A program made the position numbers and the translations under genes. A DNA stretch of 63,360 bases, filler included, from Phoronis australis (Eukaryota; Animalia; Phoronida): NCBI GenBank assembly GCA_002633005.1. It is 5 parts of 5 records of this genome, joined end to end, with 100 filler letters (N's around TTAATTAATTAA, not from the genome) between each part and the next. Parts side by side here need not be neighbours in the genome. Positions count along the whole stretch, not along the records: positions 10,270 to 41,468 come from NMRA01000031.1; positions 41,569 to 49,155 come from NMRA01002003.1; 3 more parts are not named here. One strand, written 5' to 3'. Shown here in pieces: positions 40,850-49,155 of the stretch. A model generated the notes under the pieces. It was given only the letters and a program-made list of their open reading frames with translations. It was not told the origin of the DNA and did not search any database. Position 1 is the stretch's first letter; each line of letters starts with the position of its first letter.

Positions 40850-41468
40850 GATGAACGAGGTACCAACATCTGATCACGGGAGCATTTAAAGTCCACCTTA
40901 GTATGTACAGAAATGGACGTCTGCCGTTGTCTGCACTCTGGGTGTGACCCCTGGGGGCCTTACGAAGAGCCCAAAAAATGAGCTAGACTAGATATTCGAG
41001 GTACCAACCAAAATTGATTTAAAACGAACAATAGTACCTCACTGAACACCGAATGACCCATGACAGACAAATTACACTCTGGAATGGGTCCGGCAGAAAC
41101 CAAAAAAGGACCCCCCAAAAATGAGCTAGCACATACATTCGAGGTACCACACAAAACCAATTCCATGTGATTCAATACATGTCACAGATCACTAAAACCC
41201 CTATGACAGACAAAATACACTCTGGGTTGTGCCCGGCAGAAACCCCCAAAAATCTCAACCATGGTATGCCATCAAAAATTTGAGCTAGACTAGATTTTCG
41301 AGGTACCGGCCAAAACTGATTTTAAACGAACAATAGTACCGCACTGAACACCAAATGACCCATGACAGACAAATTGCACTCTGGAATGGGTCCGGCAGAA
41401 ACCAAAAAAGGACCCCCCAAAAATGAGCTAGCACATACATTCGAGGTACCACACAAAACCAATTCCAT
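40850..41468. repeat. Satellite-like tandem array with a 302-bp dimeric period
   Basis: TGAGCTAG...TTCGAGGTACC units at 40979, 41122, 41281 and 41424, alternating 143 and 159 bp; runs into the gap. Confidence 0.85.
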
Positions 41469-41570
41469 NNNNNNNNNNNNNNNNNNNNNNNNNNNNNNNN
41501 NNNNNNNNNNNNTTAATTAATTAANNNNNNNNNNNNNNNNNNNNNNNNNNNNNNNNNNNNNNNNNNNNCT

Positions 41571-42449
41571 GCTGCATCCGCCCCAAAGCCAGAGGCAGTC
41601 GATTCGCATTTCCACCTAGATCGGCTGACCTTCGCGTGCCAACGGTTTTCCCCCGAATTGGCCGGCCGGCTACTTACCATCCCTGAGATCACTGATATGA
41701 CGGCCATGCTCCCTTGCCCCTCAAAAAATCCCGTCCATTTAACAGGGGGCATAGCGGTATTTTGTGATCCGATCCACTATAAGTTTGTGGAAAAATCTAC
41801 TGAGGCGTTCCCTTCGGGTTGGAAGGCTGCCATAGGCATCCATCCGAAAAACGCCAAGTCGTACAATCCGGCCATGGAGAAGGAGATTTTCAGGCTCCTC
41901 CGGTTGCCCAACGTTGTTGCACTAGGTGAGTTGGGATTAGAAGAAGGCCACGGTAGCGCTGAAGTACAGCAGCGAGTAGTTGTGTCGCTGGTGCGCGGTC
42001 TTGCCCGCTTCCAGACGGTTCACGGCTCTCGTGTGCTTGTATTGCACCTTCGCGCCCGGGAGTCCACTTCGCCCTTTCACTCTGGTCATCAGTACATGAG
42101 ACGGTTGCTGAGTGACGTCTTGCCCAGAGCCCAACCAATCCACCTCCATTGTTTTTCTAGTAATCCCCAGGAGGTGCGATCATGGATGAAGGCTTTCCCA
42201 AATGCCTATTTCGGCTTTGCTGCCACTGCTCGTCACTTTTCCTCTCCCCAAGCTAAAGCTTTGGCAGCCGTGCCCCTTAATCGGCTTCTTTTGGAGACCG
42301 ATTCCCCCCATTTAGCGACGTCCTCTCGACCTATGGCCCCATATTTCATTGGGGAAGTGGCCTGGAAAATAGCACGCCTGCGTCACTGTAATGCTGACTA
42401 TTTGTTGGAGCAAGCGGCCAAGAACGCACGTGTTTTATACCGACTGTAA
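41571..42449 (+). CDS. tatD: TatD-family metal-dependent nuclease (5' end in gap), retrotransposon-borne
   Basis: Open frame from the contig edge: AVDSHFHLDRL (HxH), AAIGIHP, VVALGELGLE, LVLHLR, IHLHCFS, GF, PLNRLLLETDSPHL, NARVLY. Intronless. Confidence 0.92.
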   Translation, partial: AASAPKPEAVDSHFHLDRLTFACQRFSPELAGRLLTIPEITDMTAMLPCPSKNPVHLTGGIAVFCDPIHYKFVEKSTEAFPSGWKAAIGIHPKNAKSYNPAMEKEIFRLLRLPNVVALGELGLEEGHGSAEVQQRVVVSLVRGLARFQTVHGSRVLVLHLRARESTSPFHSGHQYMRRLLSDVLPRAQPIHLHCFSSNPQEVRSWMKAFPNAYFGFAATARHFSSPQAKALAAVPLNRLLLETDSPHLATSSRPMAPYFIGEVAWKIARLRHCNADYLLEQAAKNARVLYRL

Positions 42450-42775
42450 GTCCGGAGAGGGTCTCTAGTGAGTATTTCTACCACTAGGTGTCTGCTCTCC
42501 CGTCCATGGGGGATGGGTGGTTCCCCATAAGGGTGACTATTTATTATTTATTTCATGTGTTCAAGGGTGCTGGCTCTTTGAACTTCTATATTATTTGATG
42601 GTACTTCTGTTCTTAACCCATGTGTATTATGCTCTCATTCTAGGGGAACTGTCCTTGTGCTACTAACACCCTGAATTTTCTTCTTTTTTGGAGGGGGGAG
42701 GAGGATCAAAAATTTTCGGGCATTTTTTGATAAATTGGCAATGATGTTGTTTCCCGGGTGGGTCCCACGCTTTTT

Positions 42776-42789
42776 AGGGAGGAGGGAAA
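42776..42789 (+). promoter_or_regulatory. Polypurine tract (PPT)
   Basis: AGGGAGGAGGGAAA, preceded by TTTTT and directly abutting the LTR's TGTTGTA. Confidence 0.85.
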
Positions 42790-43039
42790 TGTTGTAATCG
42801 GCAACATCATTGGCCCTTTGTTTTTCCTGTGGCGTCTTGTGATTGGTCCGTCTTTGTGTGTTCCCTGTATGTAGGATATATAAGTCGTTGGCGCCACTGC
42901 CGGACGGGTTTTTTTCAAGAACCGGCAATAGATACACAAGTCTATGGTTGCTCCGCTTGGTGCCAACTGACCGACGAGCTGATATCTCATAACAGTAAGT
43001 ACTCTTGTGCCTAACTAGTGAACCTGTAGGAATACAACA
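42790..43039 (+). repeat. Long terminal repeat (250 bp)
   Basis: TGTTGTAATC...GAATACAACA terminal inverted repeat (9 of 10 match); ATTGG at about 42842; TATATAA at 42877-42883; bounded by the PPT and PBS. Confidence 0.88.
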
Positions 43040-43041
43040 TT

Positions 43042-43055
43042 TGGCGTAGTCGGCA
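43042..43055 (+). promoter_or_regulatory. Primer binding site, tRNA-Ser type
   Basis: TGGCGTAGTCGGCA lies 2 nt after the LTR and is complementary to the ...UGCCGACUACGCCA 3' end of metazoan tRNA-Ser(AGA/UGA). Confidence 0.88.
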
Positions 43056-43442
43056 CTAGTTAGGGGTCACATAAGAGTATTTAACCGACTAGTTCAGAAG
43101 GCTTTTACCTGTCCAGGGCTTTTTCTTTCGTCCGGGGGGGAAAGTTGGAAGATTTAGTCGGTGCCGTGCTAACAGGTGGGTAGTACGGTGGCCAAGGGGT
43201 TCTTGGTCTTTAGGTAGAGTTGGTTGTAGGTTGCTTGGGCCTGATTTTTTTGGGTTTTGGAGGTTTATTTTTTGGCTTTTTGGGTATTTTTGGGTTGGTT
43301 TGCCGGTTCGACTGGGTGTGGTTCCCTTGTGACTTAAGTCACGTGTCACGTGGTAGGCAGTGTTTTGGTTATATTAAACACCGATTCATTCCCTTACTTT
43401 TAGCCCTTTCGTAATATATATATTGGCCGTTTATAGTCAACC

Positions 43443-45038
43443 ATGTCAGTAGGTTTCAAAATTCCTATTAACTACTGCCGTGAGTCGGACTTGTTTGATC
43501 TGCCGGGAGTTGACGAAGAGATCGTCCTAGAAATAGTTAACTTCCGGGAGAGATGCCCTATCGGTCGTCATAATATCTATCAGATATCTGACGATTGGAT
43601 AGTGACCAGCGCGGTGACTGACCGGGTGGATTATTCCCTAACCCCCAGTTCAGGTTCCCGACACTCTGATTTGCCGGCGGGGTTAGCTCAAGTGGCTGAC
43701 GCTTGCGACAGGCTGAATAGGTCCCCTAGTCCTCGTTTGGGTAGAACCACTAGGTACCAAGGGGGTTCCCAATACCAAGTCGATGAGGGTAGGCGCGACA
43801 GTGGTATAAGTCCCGGCGTTTATACTCCTCCTAATAGGCGAAGAGGGTATTCGGGAAACGTAGGAGGTAGGTGTGACAGTGGTCTGGAGCCCGACACTTT
43901 TACTTCTCCTGTTCGCCCCAGGGGGCACTTGGAAAGTAGAGAGGGAAGGCGTGACAGAGGCGGAAGTCCCGGCGCAAGAAATGCCAGGGGGTATAAGGTA
44001 GATTCGCATGCTCCTCATAATTTAGTTTTTAAGGGCTTGCGTAATTCCTGGAAGGATTTCCACTGGAAGTTTAGCCGTTTTGCAAGGGAAAACTTCTGGT
44101 CCGGAGATAAATGTTTAGCAGAGCTAAGTCTCTGCTGTGAAGGGGATGCACTCCGCTTTCTTTGTAATTTTACAGAAAGTCGGCCAGAGGCATTATATGA
44201 CGAAGTAGTAGAAGCCATGAGGAAACGTTTTGGTGTTGCGTCAGGGGTGCCAGGAGTAGACCAATTACAATTTCACTCCGCATCCCAAAAACAAGCAGAG
44301 TCCCTACATCAATGGGCTGACAGGCTGAATCATCTGTATTTTTCGGCCTTTCCAAACCCCTCAGATGGTGACCGCCATCAGGCTATACTCAGGTTTTGCT
44401 TGGGGTTAAGTGATCAGGATATAGGCAAGCAGGTGTTAAATGGTCGTCCAGAATCCATAGACCAAGCACTGGATCTAGCCGTGTGGTTCTCTACGACGAA
44501 GGGCCTAATGCCATCGCGTAAGAGTGTTACTTTTAGGGGAGATGAACTGAGCGAGGATGTTAGTAGGCTACGTCTCGTCTCTAGTCAGAAAAGGTCGCCC
44601 ATTAGGTTTTCGCCAATTTCGGGTCGCCAATCCCCACCTGATTCCCCCAACAGTTCTCCCGGGTCTAACAACTTAGCAGAGAGGTGCAGAGTGTTAGAGT
44701 CACGGGTAGATTTTTTGACAGAGGATAACAAAGCTCTGCATAAGCAGATGGACAATCTGTCCAAAGAAATGAACCAAAATTTCTCTAAGGTTGAAGGTCG
44801 TTTTTCTAAAATAGACACCAATTTAGAGAAAATGCTGGGTTTATTAGCCTCGGGCCGGGCGTCTCCTAGGAAATCACCGTCCAGATCACCCGGCAATTCC
44901 CCACGAAAAGCCGGAGAGTGTTTCAACTGTGGGGAGACTGGGCATTATAAATATTCATGTCCCAATAAACCATCGGCCAATGTAAGACTAGCCTCAACGT
45001 CTCCAGATTGTTTAAACTGGAACGGACTGAAGGACTAG
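43443..45038 (+). CDS. gag: Gag protein (N-terminal HhH-like segment, capsid-like domain, coiled coil, CCHC knuckle)
   Basis: 531-aa intact ORF; W..F..F.....W....LCCEGDA capsid pattern; Q...ES....ADRL major-homology-like region; CFNCGETGHYKYSC. Confidence 0.92.
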   Translation: MSVGFKIPINYCRESDLFDLPGVDEEIVLEIVNFRERCPIGRHNIYQISDDWIVTSAVTDRVDYSLTPSSGSRHSDLPAGLAQVADACDRLNRSPSPRLGRTTRYQGGSQYQVDEGRRDSGISPGVYTPPNRRRGYSGNVGGRCDSGLEPDTFTSPVRPRGHLESREGRRDRGGSPGARNARGYKVDSHAPHNLVFKGLRNSWKDFHWKFSRFARENFWSGDKCLAELSLCCEGDALRFLCNFTESRPEALYDEVVEAMRKRFGVASGVPGVDQLQFHSASQKQAESLHQWADRLNHLYFSAFPNPSDGDRHQAILRFCLGLSDQDIGKQVLNGRPESIDQALDLAVWFSTTKGLMPSRKSVTFRGDELSEDVSRLRLVSSQKRSPIRFSPISGRQSPPDSPNSSPGSNNLAERCRVLESRVDFLTEDNKALHKQMDNLSKEMNQNFSKVEGRFSKIDTNLEKMLGLLASGRASPRKSPSRSPGNSPRKAGECFNCGETGHYKYSCPNKPSANVRLASTSPDCLNWNGLKD

Positions 45039-46130
45039 GTCTAAATTCAGTCCATGATTCCCAATCAGGCCTGCCCAAAGACTATTCGACTCTGATTGGT
45101 TTGGTGGGAGGGATCAAAAATCAGTTAAAGCGTGCAAATAAAAGAACCAAGAAAACTGTTCGTTCCACGGGGGTTGGGACGGATTCTGAAGATTCTTTCT
45201 CCCTAGCAGATTCCGACAGTGATTCTAATCCGGGTTCTCTTGCTAGTAAGGATACGTTGACTGTAGATCCACCTATCAAGTCAGATCTAGATCGAGCGAC
45301 TCCGAATGTAGAACGGACCGACTCTGATTCAATAAAATCGTCGCCGGAGGTAGTAAACATATGTAAACTATCTTCAGGTCGTACGTATTACATTCCCATA
45401 GAGTTGAAGGGTNTAAGGATACGTTGACTGTAGATCCACCTATCAAGTCAGATCTAGATCGAGCGACTCCGAATGTAGAACGGACCGACTCTGATTCAAT
45501 AAAATCATCGCCGGAGGTAGTAAACATATGTAAACTATCTTCAGGTCGTACGTATTATATTCCCATAGAGTTGAAGGGTTTGAGGTTAAATAGTATCCTG
45601 GATAGTGGTGCCGACAGCACTGTGATTTCTACCAGGGTATCTAAATTTCTCTCGGGCGTCCAAGCCGTGCACGATGTAAAGGTGACAACGGCCGCCAAAG
45701 GTCTGGCTCTTGGGGGGTTCAGGACCAATAATATTCCCATTACTATTAATTCCAAAACATATCGAACCTCAGTGGTAGTTTCGGATATTCAGGACGATTG
45801 CCTCTTGGGGTTAGATATCATGAAACAATTGGGATGTGTTCTGAACATGAAAGAGGATGAACTGACTATTGAGGGGAAAACAATTCCAATGGAATACGGT
45901 ATCCCATCCAGATATCTTCCTCCCGTGGTAGTGAATTCAAATGTTTTGATTCCTGCCAATACGGTGAAGAGGTTAAGTGGGATCGAATTTCCAAAGATTG
46001 CCCCCATGGTTATGTTTGATCCCTCGCCATCTCTAGATCCACGTATTTCGATCCCCCGCTCAATACATGACCCCCAATCCTGTTCTTCCCTTTTTGTTTT
46101 CAATTCATCGGAACATGGGGTAAGATTAAC
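45008..46130 (+). CDS. pol: Pol N-terminus and aspartic protease (broken by an N-joined duplicate at 45413)
   Basis: SILDSGADSTVIS catalytic motif; CLLGLDIM. Confidence 0.85.
45011..45073 (+). promoter_or_regulatory. -1 programmed ribosomal frameshift signal
   Basis: T TTA AAC in the gag frame, a 6-nt spacer, then stem GGACTGAA / TTCAGTCC; pol is open in the -1 frame. Confidence 0.8.
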
Positions 46131-46148
46131 NAGGGGAAAACAATTCCA

Positions 46149-47809
46149 ATGGAATACGGTATCCCATCCAGATATCTTCCTCCCGTGGTAGTGAATTCAA
46201 ATGTTTTAATTCCTGCCAATACGGTGAGAAGGTTAAGTGGGATCGAATTTCCAAAGATTGCCCCTATGGTTATGTTTGATCCCTCGTCATCTCTAGATCC
46301 ACGTATTTCGATCCCCCGCTCAATACATGACCCCCAATCCTGTTCTTCCCTTTTTGTTTTCAATTCATCGGAACATGGGGTAAGATTAACAGGAGGGACT
46401 ATCTTAGGGGTAGTGGAACCCGTGGAGTCTGAAGGAGTAAAAGATACTCAGGTTCGGGAACACTGCTCCGTTAAGGTAGCTAAATCAAAGGAAACTCCTG
46501 GGGGTGTTGAGACACTGTCGGGGAGATTACCAAGGCGAACTCCTGGGAATGTTAATGCACTTTCGGGAGGTTTACCTAAAAAGCTAACTTTGCTGTTTGA
46601 CCAATCTTCAATTCATTTAAGTGAGGGGGAAAAGTCACAGTTGAAGAAGCTATTGTTAGAATTTGAAGATGTGTTCGCTGCCAGTGATTTGGATCTAGGA
46701 AATTTTACGGCAGTAGAGCATGTCATAGACACCGGGACAGCAAAACCTATTAAAATGGGTATGCGCCGGACGCCAGCCTGTTTTGTGCAGGAAGAGGAGG
46801 ATAATCTAAAGAAAATGTTAAATGCAGGAGTAATTGTCCCCTCTATGAGTGACTGGGCCGCAGCACCTGTGTTAACCCGCAAGGCTGACGGGACAGTGCG
46901 TTACTGTATTGATTACAGGGCGTTAAATAGTGTTACCCAAAAAGATGCATGGCCTTTACCATTAATTGAAGAATGTATAGACCTTCTTGCTGGAAATGTT
47001 TGGTTTAGTAAGTTAGATGCAAACTCTGCTTATTGGCAAATCAAAATCCGTGAGGAGGACCGTAAAAAAACTGCATTCATTACAAAATATGGTTTGTACG
47101 AGTTTCGCTCTATGCCTTTTGGTTTATGTGGAGCTCCTAGTACATTTTCTCGGGCCATGAGTCTAGTTTTAAGAGGTTTGAACTGGAACACGGTATTGGC
47201 GTTTCTAGACGACATATTAGTGTTGGGTACCAGTTTTGAGGACCACCGGTCTAATCTTACAGGCGTTCTTGCTCGTTTCCGGGAGTTCGGCCTGAGATTG
47301 AAACCCAGAAAGTGCGCCCTATTTCAAAAGAAAGTAGAATGCCTGGGTAGGACGGTGGGTCCGGAAGGGTTGGAGATGGGAAATGACAAAATTAAAAAAG
47401 TCCAAGAATGGCCTATTCCCCATAGTAAGAAACAGTGTCAAAGTTTCTTGGGTTTTGCAAATTACCATAGGCTATTCATCAAAGATTTTGCAAAATTAGC
47501 TGTACCTCTTTATGAGGTTACAGGGTCGAAGAAAACCTTTCAGTGGGACGATGCACAACAGAATGCTTTCGATCAATTAAAGGTAGCTCTAACATCACCA
47601 CCTGTTTTAGCCTTACCGAATAAAAATGACGAATTTATTCTTGATTGTGACACCTCTGATAAGGCTATTGGCTGTTGTCTTTCCCAAGTCCAGAACGGGT
47701 TGGAGCGAGTTATCTCGTACTCCAGCTTCGCTTTAGTGGACGAACAAAAACGTTATTGTACTACTCGGAAGGAGCTGCTGGCTGTTGTACGATTTACACA
47801 CCAGTTCAG
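46149..47809 (+). CDS. pol: Pol reverse transcriptase and start of RNase H
   Basis: WAAAPVL.RKADGTVRYCIDYRALN, FSKLD...AYWQI, MPFGL..APSTF, AFLDDIL, FLGFANYHR.FIKDFA. Confidence 0.93.
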
Positions 47810-47810
47810 N

Positions 47811-49155
47811 ACTGGAACACGGTATTGGCGTTTCTAGACGACATATTAGTGTTGGGTACCAGTTTTGAGGACCACCGGTCTAATCTCACAGGCGTTCTTG
47901 CTCGCTTTCGGGAGTTCGGCCTGAGATTGAAACCCAGAAAGTGCGCCCTATTTCAAAAGAAAGTAGAATTTCTGGGTAGGACGGTGGGGCCGGAAGGGTT
48001 GGAGATGGGAAATGACAACATTAAGAAAGTCCAGGAATGGCCTATCCCCCATAGTAAGAAACAGTGTCAAAGTTTCTTGGGTTTTGCAAATTATCATAGG
48101 CTATTCATCAAAGATTTTGCAAAATTAGCTGTACCTCTTTATGAGGTTACAGGGTCGAAGAAAACCTTTCAGTGGGACGACGCACAACAGAATGCTTTCG
48201 ATCAATTAAAGGTAGCTCTAACATCACCACCTGTTTTAGCCTTACCGAATAAAAATGACGAATTTATTCTTGATTGTGACGCCTCTGATAAGGCTATTGG
48301 CTGTTGTCTTTCTCAAGTCCAGAACGGGTTGGAGCGAGTTATCTCGTACTCCAGCTTCGCTTTAGTGGACGAACAAAAACGTTATTGTACTACTCGGAAG
48401 GAGCTGCTGGCTGTTGTACGATTTACACACCAGTTCAGGCATTACCTTTTGGGTAGGAAATTTAAAGTACGGACGGACCACAGTAGTTTGAGATGGCTGT
48501 TAAACTTCAAATCTCCTTCGGGACAATTAGCTCGTTGGATACTACAGTTACAGCAGTTTTCGGGTATGGAAATAATATACCGTCCCGGAGTTAAACATAT
48601 CAATGCTGATGCTTTGTCACGTATTCCTTCGTCCTCCTGCCCCGCGTACAAGCTAGGGGTAGAGCCCAAAGACCTTCCTTGTGGGGGTTGTCCCACCTGT
48701 TGCAAATCCCATAAGGAATGGTATAATTTCGTACAGGAAGTTGACGACACTATCCCTCTTGCACAACGCCCCCGGGCAGTTATGGTTGACAAAAGTACCA
48801 ATACCCGTGTGCGATCTGTGTATGTGTCTGATACGCACAAACATTCTCTGTTGGGTAGTCAAAACGTCCCAGAAGAGTTTATCCCTGACGACTTAGGTGA
48901 GGAGGGGTTTGCATTAACTATATGTAATCCCGAGTTGACGGATGTCCCTTGTATGGATGACTGTTTCCTAATCTCCATAAATAGGGATGATCGAAACCCT
49001 TGTTTTGTGAGAGCATTGTCAATAGAGGATGAATCCGACTTTGACCGCAAGCAGAGGGAGGACACAAATCTGACTTTCCTATTTGACTGGTTAGATAACG
49101 GTGTAGAACCTTCACAATTTCGCTTGTTTATCGCCAGCGCTACGGCCAAAAACTA
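47811..49155 (+). CDS. pol: Pol RT C-terminus (overlapping duplicate), RNase H and linker toward integrase; truncated by the gap
   Basis: CDASDKAIG, ELLAVV, RTDHSSL.WL, HINADALSR. Confidence 0.9.

Larger units (their letters stand above)
41569..49155 (+). mobile_element. Gypsy/Ty3 (Metaviridae) LTR retrotransposon: 3' internal region (TatD, PPT), LTR, then 5' internal region (PBS, gag, pol)
   Basis: PR-RT-RH domain order, PBS, PPT, and a TG...CA LTR. Integrase is not seen and presumably lies in the gap. Confidence 0.92.

Noticed and set aside
40850-41468. CRISPR-like array
   Set aside because: The intervening sequences are themselves repeated, the units are too long, and the context is eukaryotic with no cas genes.
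41571-42449. TatD as bacterial contamination
   Set aside because: It is contiguous, without Ns, with the PPT, LTR, PBS and gag, and no other prokaryotic genes are present.
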